Of a DNA stretch of 64,000 nucleotides, positions 50,231 through 60,157 are shown piece after piece. The notes under the pieces are model-generated. The model worked only from the letters and a program-made list of their open reading frames with translations. It was not told the origin of the DNA and did no database searches. The stretch's first letter is position 1. Each line of letters opens with the position of its first letter. Location of the stretch: NCBI GenBank assembly GCA_037442105.1, contig JBBIQV010000001.1, positions 62,001-126,000 on the forward strand, in the 5' to 3' direction. A program made the translations under genes and the position numbers. This DNA is from Nitrospiraceae bacterium. Its GTDB lineage: Bacteria; Nitrospirota; Nitrospiria; Nitrospirales; Nitrospiraceae.

Positions 50231-51379
50231 TCACTCTGCCTTTGCCGCCGGAAGCTGGGCCGCCCCGAGGGATTCGTGAATCTTCTGCCAATCGAATGTG
50301 AAGGGCTCTGGTGCTTGTTTCGACAGTGCGGCGGCTTCGGCTTTCAACCGCGCCGCCCGCCCGGCGCTCATCGGGTGGGTGGAGAGCCATTCCACACGCC
50401 CCCCCTCCTGCTCGGAAAGCCGTTCAAAGAACCGGATCATCCCGTCGGGCGGAATTTTGGCGCGATGGAGCAGCTTGAGGCCTTCGACGTCGGCTTCCGT
50501 TTCCTGCTCCCGACCGAACTTCAACGTGAGCAGTTCGACACCCAATTCCTTCGCCAAGCCGATTAATCCCTGTTGATCCCCGATGAGGATCGTCACCACT
50601 GCAACGAGACCGAGCGTTTTCATGATCCGCTCCAGCCCGTGGCGTTTCAGCACATGGTTCAGCTCATGTCCTAACACACCGGCTACCTCTTCCGGACCTT
50701 CCGCTTTCGTCAGCAGCCCCGTGAAGACGACCACATACCCGCCCGGCAAGGCAAAGGCATTCACGACGTCGCTCTTGACCACGGTGACATGGAACTTGTA
50801 GGGCTTGTCCTGAAGACGGTCCGTCAGCCGGCTCGTGATCTCTTGCACAGCGGTGACGGCGGGTCCCTCATGAATGACCGTCTGCCCCGCAAGGAATTCT
50901 TTCTCAGCCGATTCCCCGATCTTCTGCTCCCACTCGACGGGAATCCGGGCGACGGCCATTTCTACCAACGTGTCCGACCCGAACCACAACGCCAGCAGCA
51001 ATCCCGCCAGCACCCCGCCTGTGACCAGCAGGGCAGTCCGTCGCCGGTGCCGCACACGCCGGACTTGCTCGACCGTATGCTCCAGTGGTTTCGTCAGTTC
51101 TGGAGGCGCGGCCTGTCGAAAGGCACGAATGAGTCCGGACTCCCTGAGATAGAGCGTGCGTTCCGACCTGTCGGCGACCCACTTCACCACAAGCTGATCA
51201 TGGTCGAATCCGCCGGCTGAGACCGTGAGCGAGGAGAAGGATACGGACTCCACCTTGTCTTCATCGGACGCGCCGACGAAGCGGATGGCCAGACCTGTGG
51301 CCGTGACTTCAACGAAGCAGGGCGCTCCCGTTGCAGGAAACTCCTGGCCGAAACAAAGGGCGTTGGGGATCGACGTCAT
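50231..51379 (-). CDS. M48 family metallopeptidase
   Basis: VNAFALPGG, HELNH, ETEAD, STHP. Confidence 0.9.
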   Translation of the reverse strand: MTSIPNALCFGQEFPATGAPCFVEVTATGLAIRFVGASDEDKVESVSFSSLTVSAGGFDHDQLVVKWVADRSERTLYLRESGLIRAFRQAAPPELTKPLEHTVEQVRRVRHRRRTALLVTGGVLAGLLLALWFGSDTLVEMAVARIPVEWEQKIGESAEKEFLAGQTVIHEGPAVTAVQEITSRLTDRLQDKPYKFHVTVVKSDVVNAFALPGGYVVVFTGLLTKAEGPEEVAGVLGHELNHVLKRHGLERIMKTLGLVAVVTILIGDQQGLIGLAKELGVELLTLKFGREQETEADVEGLKLLHRAKIPPDGMIRFFERLSEQEGGRVEWLSTHPMSAGRAARLKAEAAALSKQAPEPFTFDWQKIHESLGAAQLPAAKAE

Positions 51380-51398
51380 CGTAACGTGACGTGAGTAA

Positions 51399-52082
51399 TC
51401 ACTCGGACACCGGAATGAACTGTCTGATCCAGTTGCCGAATCCGCCGGGATTCCGGGTTTGGATGTAGACAACTCCTGGTCCCCGGAACCGGCAGACGAA
51501 TCCTTCGCCGGAGGTGAAGCTGGCCACCCAGCCGGACGCCGCTTTCTCGATGTTGTAACTGGTGGTGGCACTCCAGGCGACGAGATGGCTGTTATCGACG
51601 ATGTATTCCTGATCCGGCTTCAAGTCGATCTTGTGAATGGCGCCGAAGCTGTTCAAGATCAGCGGACCGGTCCCGCCGATCTTCAGAATAAAGAAGCCTT
51701 CGCCGCCTAACAGCCCCCGGCTCAGGCTCTGCATGCGGCTCTCGATCTTCACGGACTCGGCGCCCGCCAGAAAACCGTCCTTCTGGACCATGTATTCGTT
51801 CACGCCGTCGAGCTCCATAATCACAATTTCACCAGGCACGGTCGGCGCTAACAAGACTTCACCCGGCCCACGGCTGGCCCGCAGCGTCTGAAAGAAAAAC
51901 TTTTCGCCCGTGAGCAACTTGCGCGACAATGCCCCGAGAAAGCCGCCCTCCATCTTGCTCTCGACATCGATGGTTGGTGATGCCCCGACCATTGCGCCGG
52001 ACTCCGCCTTGATGGTCTCTCCCGCCGTCAACTCCACCCGCACCATCGGAAACGCCCCCGGATAGAGAATTTCAGATTTCAT
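51399..52082 (-). CDS. AIM24/TIGR00266 family protein
   Basis: AESGAMV, GEKFF, GGEGFF, SGEGFVCRFRGPG, QTRN. Confidence 0.9.
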   Translation of the reverse strand: MKSEILYPGAFPMVRVELTAGETIKAESGAMVGASPTIDVESKMEGGFLGALSRKLLTGEKFFFQTLRASRGPGEVLLAPTVPGEIVIMELDGVNEYMVQKDGFLAGAESVKIESRMQSLSRGLLGGEGFFILKIGGTGPLILNSFGAIHKIDLKPDQEYIVDNSHLVAWSATTSYNIEKAASGWVASFTSGEGFVCRFRGPGVVYIQTRNPGGFGNWIRQFIPVSE

Positions 52083-52100
52083 GCATCGATCCTCCCGATT

Positions 52101-52130
52101 CGTAAGGGGTTAGGCGTGAGGCGTCAGGCG
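52101..52130. repeat. Heptad arm of four-helix-bundle cassette 2 (3' side)
   Basis: cgtaagg-ggttagg-cgtgagg-cgtcagg-cg. Confidence 0.78.
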
Positions 52131-52157
52131 CAAAATACGCCCAGCCAAGATCCACCA

Positions 52158-52529
52158 TTAGCGCTTGCCGCCGTTAGCCTTCTGATGACGAATGAGCCCG
52201 CCAAGCATCTTGTCAATTCGCTCAACTTGCTGATCAAAGATCAGCCAATTGTCGTGCCCAAGGTACCCAAGCCTTTTTGCAAGTTCGAGTTGAGTATCTA
52301 ATTCGCTCAGCGACCCTTGCGCCATGTGCAGGTAGTTGATGAATTCTTTTCGAGTTTGACGACCTGCTCCCTCGGCGACATTGCTCGGCACACTCACAGC
52401 AGCCCTTCGGATTTGGTCGGTGAGACTATACCGTTCGTCCTTGGGAAAGTCTTCTGTAGCTCGGTAAATATTAGCCGCCAGTTCCATAGCTGTATTCCAT
52501 AGGTCTAGTTTTTTATGCGGCTTGTCCAT
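52158..52529 (-). CDS. Four-helix-bundle protein (23S rRNA IVS protein/TIGR02436-like)
   Basis: FPKDERYSLTDQIRRAAVSVPSNVAEG, AQGSLSELDTQL. Confidence 0.92.
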   Translation of the reverse strand: MDKPHKKLDLWNTAMELAANIYRATEDFPKDERYSLTDQIRRAAVSVPSNVAEGAGRQTRKEFINYLHMAQGSLSELDTQLELAKRLGYLGHDNWLIFDQQVERIDKMLGGLIRHQKANGGKR

Positions 52530-52552
52530 GTCTTGGCCGCTTTCTGAAATAT

Positions 52553-52582
52553 CGCCTCACACCTTACGCCTCACGCCTCACG
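52553..52582. repeat. Heptad arm of four-helix-bundle cassette 2 (5' side)
   Basis: cg-cctcaca-ccttacg-cctcacg-cctcacg, complementary to 52101..52130. Confidence 0.78.
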
Positions 52583-52586
52583 GCAT

Positions 52587-54068
52587 CTATCCCGCTACCC
52601 AGCCATACAGCCGATGGCTCGGTTCCGGCCCTTCTTCCAGATAACTCATCCGCATGCGGCCCAAATAATCTTTGGGCACTTCATTGCGCTTGGCGGTGAC
52701 ATCCACCCCAAACAGGCGCGCCGCGTTCAGGCCGAAGATGTTCTCCTTCACCTCTCGTGTGAGCGGGCCATAGCCGCGCTGCTCGATCAACTGATCGGGA
52801 ATCTGAAATCGCCGGAAGGCTTCGATCTGCCACTGCGGCGTGCCGTACCAGATCGAGTCGGTACCCCACAGAACGTGATCAACTCCGAACGTGCCGATGA
52901 TTTCGCCGAGCAGATGTGCGCAGATCGCCGGATGGGTCGTGACGAGCTGGCCAAAGGTCGAACCCAACTCCATGTAAATGTTCCGGATGCCCGGCTCCGA
53001 TTTCTTCATCCGGCAGAACTCGCTCGTCCAGGGAATCTGGCCGGTCTTGGCGAACTCTTCTTCGATGGACGCAGCGCCACGGAAGCCTGAATGATAGACC
53101 AGAAAGTTCAGGTCGGGAAAATCCTTGGCAGCCTTGATTAGGTCGCGCGGGTGGTTGAAATCCGGCACGGGGCCGAGCGGCAGACCTTTATGCACGCAGA
53201 CATGTGGCACCTTCAGCTTGCGGGCCTGTTCGAGCATCGGATAGGCGATCTTCTCGTCATCCATCCACCAGCCCTGGTCGAATCCCTTGGGACAGGAGCC
53301 GGTGTAACATTTCCAGGCATCGACCTTGAGCGTCTCCGCCTGCATGGCCATGAACTCACGATCGGCGGCTCCGAGTTGCGGCGTCGCCAGTCCGTGCGCG
53401 AGCATCCGTTGTGAGCCGGCCACACGATTGATCTCGTCGCGAATATGGGCCATCTCATGGGGAGGCACCACCGCCTCCTGCGGGTAAGGCCCCGGTGGGG
53501 TGCTGATGAGACCGACCGAGGTTTCGCTATCCAGGAAGACTTCTTTGACGAAATTTTCCCATGAGAGGTCGTCGATTGTCCCACGGTCGCCGGCCAGTTT
53601 CGGATTCAACCCTGCTTCGCGCGCGCGCCGGCGGAGGAACAGCAGCGCCTGTTTCCTCACCGCACCCTTCCGTTGCGCTTCAGCATCGGCCTGATCGTAG
53701 TGCGCTCCCACGTAGTGGGTCTGCACATCGAACACGAACAACGGCTCTCCCTGCCGCTCGGAGAACGCCGCCGCCTCCACCAGTTCGTCGTCCAGCACAT
53801 CGAAGAACCGGCCGAAGACGGCGTTCATCGCGAGAAAGGCCGCCGCATACCCGCCCGTCGTTCTGAGAAAATCCCGCCGCGTGAGCCCGAGCCTGCGTCC
53901 CACCCGATCACCGAGAGATGCCAAACGTTGATTCACCTGCGCTTGGGCCCGCGTCTGGGCCGGTGGCATGAACTCTTCGTTCGAGACAATGCGGGTGGGT
54001 ACGGGAGAAAGAGAGGTGACTCCTTGTTTCAACCCCGGCGTGGGTAGCCACCGTCTGTGCTGTGTCAT
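52587..54068 (-). CDS. Amidohydrolase_2 family protein
   Basis: DVQTH, VHKG, YHSG, WGTDS, GLNAARL. Confidence 0.88.
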   Translation of the reverse strand: MTQHRRWLPTPGLKQGVTSLSPVPTRIVSNEEFMPPAQTRAQAQVNQRLASLGDRVGRRLGLTRRDFLRTTGGYAAAFLAMNAVFGRFFDVLDDELVEAAAFSERQGEPLFVFDVQTHYVGAHYDQADAEAQRKGAVRKQALLFLRRRAREAGLNPKLAGDRGTIDDLSWENFVKEVFLDSETSVGLISTPPGPYPQEAVVPPHEMAHIRDEINRVAGSQRMLAHGLATPQLGAADREFMAMQAETLKVDAWKCYTGSCPKGFDQGWWMDDEKIAYPMLEQARKLKVPHVCVHKGLPLGPVPDFNHPRDLIKAAKDFPDLNFLVYHSGFRGAASIEEEFAKTGQIPWTSEFCRMKKSEPGIRNIYMELGSTFGQLVTTHPAICAHLLGEIIGTFGVDHVLWGTDSIWYGTPQWQIEAFRRFQIPDQLIEQRGYGPLTREVKENIFGLNAARLFGVDVTAKRNEVPKDYLGRMRMSYLEEGPEPSHRLYGWVAG

Positions 54069-54340
54069 TGCCGTGCTCTCCCCTGTTGTGACCGCGCAAG
54101 GATTCTGTGGAAAGCGGCGTGTCCTGTCAAGGCGCTTCCGCTCAGGCATTCGACCGCCCACTTGACGACCGGACTTCCGAGGAGCATGCTAATCTCAGAT
54201 CTTCTCTTGGAGGGCTTACCATGCAACCGGGGTAAGCGGCCGTATCAGTTCGGTCGTTGGTTCCGCAAGCAGCGATCACTGTGCCTTCTTGGGCCGACCG
54301 CCTGAGGAGGCATTTTTGTTTTCACGAAAGGAGGATGGCC

Positions 54341-54706
54341 ATGAAAAGCGCGCTTGTCACGATCATCATCATTGGCGGTGTACTCCTGTGTTTTTCAGTC
54401 GCTTCGGCGAATCCGGCCATGCTGCCCAAACACCCCGGCTATCCTGCCTCGAACGATATCTCTCCCGTGACGGGCCAGCCGTTGGCCAACGATCCCGGAC
54501 AAATGAACGCGAGCGGCGAGCAAGCCGCGCTCGAGGCCGCGGGCTTCGACGATGTACATTCCATGCAGAAGCTGTCGATCAACGAAAACGATCAGAGACT
54601 GCTGGAGAAGCCAGGCGCGGGTCTTCTGCCTAAGGTTCAAGGCCCGGACATTAAGATCGAACCGCCGGTAAAGGAGGCTACAAAAGTATTTGCGCCGGCT
54701 CCGTGA
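54341..54706 (+). CDS. Small exported protein
   Basis: AAGGAGG RBS, signal peptide ending ASA. Confidence 0.75.
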   Translation: MKSALVTIIIIGGVLLCFSVASANPAMLPKHPGYPASNDISPVTGQPLANDPGQMNASGEQAALEAAGFDDVHSMQKLSINENDQRLLEKPGAGLLPKVQGPDIKIEPPVKEATKVFAPAP

Positions 54707-55003
54707 GCTATCGGGGATCCCCCACGAGCCCCAATTCGAGCGGATTGTTTTCGGCGCGAGCCGGACCGACACTGTCACTCCCCAAGGGGAGGGGGCCGGA
54801 GGATGGAGGGGGCGACCGTTCTGGCGAAAGGAACGATCCTGAGGCGAGCCGGGATGCTCGCCCCTGAATTCCTGCAGAAGCTGCGGGCGAAATTCACACC
54901 TTTCTTCCTGCGACGGATGCCGCCGCTCGCTCATTGCCTGGCACAGATCTTCGTTGATAACTAAATCGGAGAAGGAACAAAAACGAGCGGGAAGGAGGGA
55001 CGA

Positions 55004-58000
55004 TTATTTTGCCTCGGCAAGGACGTTATGCTTGATGTCGCTGCCGGCAGTTGTTGTAGAGGACGGAAGAATGGAGACGGCTATATCGAACTTGGGATCG
55101 CCTTCCTGGTCTTTTCCATCGCGGCCGACGCTATAGATCAGCCCTTTCTTCGAGTTAATAAGCATGGGCAGCCCCGTGAAGGGGTCATAGAAGTTTTGGC
55201 CCGCTTTGGCGATCCTGGTTGCCAATCCCTCCTCTGACGGCCCCTTGCGAACCCAGGCCTGCAAACTGACTAGCCGGAGCCGCACGTCGGCTTCAAGCAC
55301 TCGTGAGCTGTAGTCTCCCCAACGTGGAAGCGGCTCAATCCCTACCACGTGCTCGATGGGGTTGAGGAGGTAATCCAGCCAACTGGTGACCGGTGTCCTG
55401 ATGTATGTGGACAGTTTCGGCATCGACGTCGGGTACGCTTCCGCGGACGATTTGTTGGCTGCTTCATAATAATCCGCGTAGGCATTGAACCGCCTCTGTT
55501 TCGGTAAGGGCATTGCCGCGACGACGGACACGTACCACGGTCGCTCATCGCCTTTGTCCCGCCTGAGATCACTGTCCAGAGTTTTCGTCGCGAGCACAAA
55601 CTGGCTGCGCATCGGCCACCGCACCGACTGCTCGACCTGATCCAACGGGCGCATCAGCTTGAGCAGCCGCGGTACATGCTTAGGGTCGAGGTCCGGCCTG
55701 GTCAACAGTCCGGAGGCGAGAGCCACATCGTCATTGACCGCCTCAATCGCCATCATCTTGACCGCCAACGTTTTGGCCTGCGCTAAGGCTGTGCGCCAGG
55801 CGGTCATGTCGGCTTCGAGCCGGTCCATCCCGGAGTCCAGATCCTGCGCAAAGCCTTCCGCTAAATACAACCGATGGACGGCCACGATCTGCCGGCAATT
55901 GGGAACGATGGGCCGGCCATGGCCCCAGTCGTCAAACGGCATCTTGAGCCATTGGCGATACCGTCCGAGCATCACATCGGATTGGGCAAGCCAGATCTGA
56001 ACACCAGCCGCTTGACTCTGGAATTGAGCAGCCGGATCCGCCGCTCGTAACCAACCGCTCAGCACTTGCGCAGAGGCCGAGCCGGTCGTCGTTCGCCCGT
56101 CGCCTCCCATGAGGCAGGCTCGCATCGTGTCACGATCCATCTCCTCAAATTTCCTCTCGTACCCCACTTGCAGCGGATCGCGCGTAGGTGCGGCATCGAT
56201 ACCGAGCAGCATAATATAGCCGTTCTTTTTTGGATCGCTGATGATCCGCTGGGGTAGGGTAGTGAGGTTATGGTACGCGTTGTTCGGACGCTCCTCCATG
56301 ACGACCCATAGCAACCCTAGGACACCGACACAAGTGATCGCCGTCGCGACGCCAAGACCGACAAGACTCAGCAGAGCGATGACCAGCGACCGCGTCGTGC
56401 TCATGCAATTTCGGACAAACAACACCAATCCTGTTCGTACATAGGCGAGAGAACACGTCCGCCGTTTCGCGAGCTTGGGTGTGGCAGGCGTATCGTGTAC
56501 CGATATCTGCGAAAGTTTTTCGGTCTGCTCGAAGAGTGTCTCGACGGCGGAGGTCATGGTTGCCGTGCTGGGTGCGATGGATGCCGCAATTGGCTCAGAC
56601 ACCGAAGCCTGTATTTCAGGCATCGGAGCCTGCGCCGGAACTGTCGACAGTTCCGGTGTAACAACCTCGGGCTCTGGCTCAGGGTCCGGAATGCGCAGCC
56701 ATGGTGGGTCTTCAGCCTGGTGCTCTTCCTTGACTGACGCCGCTTCAGGCGGGTGAAGCTTTAACGTGATCGGGTCTTCGCTCGCCTGTGAAATGATTTC
56801 TTCACAATCAGGCTCGGTATTATTAAGCGGCGCGGGACCGGAAACGACAGGCGGCTCGATCCTTTCGACCACGTCTTGCAAGGGCGCGTACGGAGCTAAC
56901 GGAGCTATTGGGTCGAGCGGTTCACGTTCCGGTTGTGGACGGAGGTCGCAGATATCAACTTCCGGCACAGCCGGCTCGACCGTGGGCAATGTCGCGGCAG
57001 TTTCCACTTCTGCCAGGACAGCCTTTTCAGTCTCTGGGGCTGTTTCCTCGTGTGCTGCCGACGCCAGAGTTGGCAGGACCGGCCTCAGCTCCTCGAACAT
57101 TGGTTCCTGCACAATGGTGGGAGGCACAGGAAATGGTGGGGCCAGCGTGGCTCCGGCGTCTTGCTGGTCGAGAACCGGCTCTCGTACATCCTTAGACTCG
57201 GTTGACGTCACCGGCTCCGACCCTGTCGAGGAGACTTCACCGGACGGCCCCGTTTCCAACGGCTGTTCGGACGCAACAGCCAAGCGAAATTCCTGTTCAG
57301 GCTGAACGGGGCTTGCTTCAACGGCCAGTTCCACTTCCGCTTGAACGGGTTCGACAGGAGATGGGGGAATTTCTGGAACGGGAGACTCAGTGATCGTCCG
57401 GTTCACCGACACACTCTCGGCCGGCGAAGGCATATCCACACATTCAAGGCTTGAAACAATGGCCTCTTCTGGTTCCACCGTATGGGTTTCGGTCAGCTCT
57501 GGCTCGGGTGGGGGAATGGGAACCGACACCTCCAACACCTGTTCCCAAGGCATGGGAGTTGGCAAGACTCCGGCTTCCCCGTTCGCGACCTCAAGATCGG
57601 GAGAAGGAGTTGCCGGAAATGGAGTCGCCGGCTCAGCGATCGTGTGCACGGTCTCATCGCCCGCAACAGGCTCTTCAGTTGTCGGGCTCGCGAGTTCCGC
57701 TTCGAAAATCAGCGCGGGACTTATCGGCGCCTCATGACTTTGTCCCTGCTCTGCTTCTTGTGGGGTTGCCGATGGGGTGGACTTTCGAGAGGAAAGGCCA
57801 AGTTGCTCAAGAATCTCTTCCCAGGAAGGCGCAGAAGATCTCAATTCAGCCGCTATGCTGAGCTGTGGCTCTTCGGGCTTCGGTGGCGCTATGACTGTTT
57901 CGGCAGTTTCCGGACTCGAGTCTCCCCTCTGTTCGATTGTCTGATCGCTGGCTACAGACGCCGTTGCCTTTGGCTCTGTCAATATGGCGCTGGTCGCCTC

Positions 58001-59359
58001 GGCTGGAAACCCCTCTGGTAGGGAACGTGTTTCTGACTCTACCGCGAGAGGGGGTGTTGGTTGAGGTTCGGGTGGCAGGATATGGATCTCCGCTTCCTCG
58101 ACTTGTTCCCACGGCATCGGCGCCGGGAAAGGAGCCTGAATGACGCTTGATTCGCTCACGAATCGGAGCTCTGATTCGGACTCCTGCACTGTCGTCGGCG
58201 GTTCCACCGTACTTACCATCCCACTAACGGCCTCAAACAAACTTTCTTCCCTGACACCTTCCGACGCCCTCGACTCTGCGAAGCCGGCATCATTCCCCTC
58301 CACAACCTTTTCCAGCGGGAATGTTTCTTCAGCTCTTGACTCATCAACGATGGTGAGACCAAGGGCGGGCAGGGCTTGCGCATCAACAGCCGGTGAGGGA
58401 AGCGTCGTATCCACAGAACTTGCCGGCTGGGAGGCTTGTTCAGGCGCTTGTTCAGCGGAGGGCGATAGAACTTCCATGATCCAAGAACCAGCAGCTTGAG
58501 TAGATTCGCTCTCTCCGGTGACAGCGTGCCGTTGAGGTTCTGCTCCGGCCACAGACGGTTTAACAACCGACCGATGATTCTGAAATTCCGACGCCGGCAC
58601 CTCAGCAGCACATCCTGCTTCCTCCAAGACCGCGGGCGGCGCTAGAGAGGTGGGACTCTCCGCCTTCTCCCATGGCATCGACTGCTCGTTCTGCTCACCC
58701 GTAGTCCCATCGCACGCCTCTACCTCTAGTTGAGGAACGGCTGGGGGAACGCTCTCGGTGGGAGCCTCAAGAGGGGGAGAACTCCGGATCTTGCCGGTCG
58801 CGGCGTCGAACATTGCCGATAAGCGAAAGGCGACGGGACTGGCCGGGGCCAGCTCTCGGATCTTCGCGTATAGCTCGGCCGGCCGATCAGGGCGGTCGGG
58901 ATCAACGTCCTCGATTAAGATCTCGATGGCTTTCCCATACTCGGCCACAGCCGCCATGGGATCCCCTTTTTCCTCATACACATGGGCCAGCATCTCGAGG
59001 AAGGGAACACACCGTGGGCCAGCAACCAGGTACTCCTTAAGTAGAGATTCAGCAAGCCAGTAGTCTTGTCGCTTGAGGGCCTCGTTCGCAAGAGACTCGA
59101 AAGCCGACCTTGCAGTCATCAAGCTTCCTAGACGGAGATGCAAGGTCGCGAAGAGCCGACGAGCCTCTGTGTTCAGGGGATCAAGCGCGAGGAGTTCTTT
59201 GAGTGCGGCAGTGGACCGGCCATATTTGCCGGCATTCATCTGGGTGATCGCTTCTTCGAGTAGTGCGCTTTTCCTGCTATAACCGGCAGCGCCTCGTTTG
59301 TGGGCACGGGAAGGTGCTTTCTTATCGGCTCTGGGAGAGGATTTCCGTTCGGTTCGCAC
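55004..59359 (-). CDS. Large TPR + acidic/Pro-rich linker + TM + C-terminal domain protein
   Basis: N-terminal TPR-like helices, long E/P-rich region, hydrophobic segment, C-terminal YDPFTG...IYSVGRDG. Confidence 0.8.
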   Translation of the reverse strand: MRTERKSSPRADKKAPSRAHKRGAAGYSRKSALLEEAITQMNAGKYGRSTAALKELLALDPLNTEARRLFATLHLRLGSLMTARSAFESLANEALKRQDYWLAESLLKEYLVAGPRCVPFLEMLAHVYEEKGDPMAAVAEYGKAIEILIEDVDPDRPDRPAELYAKIRELAPASPVAFRLSAMFDAATGKIRSSPPLEAPTESVPPAVPQLEVEACDGTTGEQNEQSMPWEKAESPTSLAPPAVLEEAGCAAEVPASEFQNHRSVVKPSVAGAEPQRHAVTGESESTQAAGSWIMEVLSPSAEQAPEQASQPASSVDTTLPSPAVDAQALPALGLTIVDESRAEETFPLEKVVEGNDAGFAESRASEGVREESLFEAVSGMVSTVEPPTTVQESESELRFVSESSVIQAPFPAPMPWEQVEEAEIHILPPEPQPTPPLAVESETRSLPEGFPAEATSAILTEPKATASVASDQTIEQRGDSSPETAETVIAPPKPEEPQLSIAAELRSSAPSWEEILEQLGLSSRKSTPSATPQEAEQGQSHEAPISPALIFEAELASPTTEEPVAGDETVHTIAEPATPFPATPSPDLEVANGEAGVLPTPMPWEQVLEVSVPIPPPEPELTETHTVEPEEAIVSSLECVDMPSPAESVSVNRTITESPVPEIPPSPVEPVQAEVELAVEASPVQPEQEFRLAVASEQPLETGPSGEVSSTGSEPVTSTESKDVREPVLDQQDAGATLAPPFPVPPTIVQEPMFEELRPVLPTLASAAHEETAPETEKAVLAEVETAATLPTVEPAVPEVDICDLRPQPEREPLDPIAPLAPYAPLQDVVERIEPPVVSGPAPLNNTEPDCEEIISQASEDPITLKLHPPEAASVKEEHQAEDPPWLRIPDPEPEPEVVTPELSTVPAQAPMPEIQASVSEPIAASIAPSTATMTSAVETLFEQTEKLSQISVHDTPATPKLAKRRTCSLAYVRTGLVLFVRNCMSTTRSLVIALLSLVGLGVATAITCVGVLGLLWVVMEERPNNAYHNLTTLPQRIISDPKKNGYIMLLGIDAAPTRDPLQVGYERKFEEMDRDTMRACLMGGDGRTTTGSASAQVLSGWLRAADPAAQFQSQAAGVQIWLAQSDVMLGRYRQWLKMPFDDWGHGRPIVPNCRQIVAVHRLYLAEGFAQDLDSGMDRLEADMTAWRTALAQAKTLAVKMMAIEAVNDDVALASGLLTRPDLDPKHVPRLLKLMRPLDQVEQSVRWPMRSQFVLATKTLDSDLRRDKGDERPWYVSVVAAMPLPKQRRFNAYADYYEAANKSSAEAYPTSMPKLSTYIRTPVTSWLDYLLNPIEHVVGIEPLPRWGDYSSRVLEADVRLRLVSLQAWVRKGPSEEGLATRIAKAGQNFYDPFTGLPMLINSKKGLIYSVGRDGKDQEGDPKFDIAVSILPSSTTTAGSDIKHNVLAEAK

Positions 59360-59815
59360 ACTACAACCTTAGCAGATACACGGAGGTTCGATAGCCAAAC
59401 CGGTATTGGGCTTGGACCGCACGACGTCCTTGAAACCCACCATAAATCTGATGGGCAAACCGCTAACGCAGATGCAAAGGGGGTGCCCCTCCCGATCACT
59501 CGAAGCCCAGCTTGAACAAGGCATGATTTCGCGCAGTTGTCGACCAGGCTCGCTATCACTTAACTCATTTCTCAGGTCCTCGAACGAATTTGGACACTCT
59601 CGCTAGAAATACCCTCCGATTGCGCCCGGAGCTTGGTGAGGCGGGCATTCCCACTTTCTTCCCGACACAGTGGATTCCCTGCTGAGGGTTGCTTGCCGGT
59701 TGGCTGGCTGGCACAAACGACCACCAACTAAAGAGTTCGGAGCCCAACGCCGATATAACACTGTTTTCTCCTGTGTCCTTGAGCATCGAGGCGAAATGAG
59801 GAAAAGCCAGAGGGG

Positions 59816-60157
59816 ATGATGAAGCGGATCCTGATTGACGAGGCCGAACCGGGCATGACACTCGCCAAGCCGGTGAGCAATGCGGCGGGCTTACCCTTCC
59901 TCCCGACGGAAACGATACTGGATGCTGGCATGATCGAGCGATTGGCCAAGATGGGGCTGACCTCTATCTTCGTGGAATGCGGGCCGGAAAGCACAACAGG
60001 GGGTAAGACTCTTGCTGAATTAGAATCGGAATTGGCCCATCGATTCCGGCGCGTCATCCATGACCCTCTTCAACAGACCATTCATGATGCGCTCCGCGCG
60101 CACCTCCGACGGGCCCACGGAATTGCCGAGCACTCCGAAGGAACTCCGCCAGCATGA
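59816..60157 (+). CDS. Hypothetical protein resembling the N-terminus of HD-GYP proteins
   Basis: IDEAEPGMTLAKPV...G; coupled to HDOD gene. Confidence 0.65.
   Translation: MMKRILIDEAEPGMTLAKPVSNAAGLPFLPTETILDAGMIERLAKMGLTSIFVECGPESTTGGKTLAELESELAHRFRRVIHDPLQQTIHDALRAHLRRAHGIAEHSEGTPPA

Noticed and set aside
13601..52582. Diversity-generating retroelement or rRNA IVS, suggested by Avd/IVS-like genes
   Set aside because: No reverse transcriptase, no TR/VR pair and no rRNA in the window.
59453..59490. c-di-GMP-I riboswitch (GGCAAAC...GCAAAG)
   Set aside because: No GNRA-capped stem or second hairpin; resemblance is superficial. An Infernal RF01051 search would settle it.
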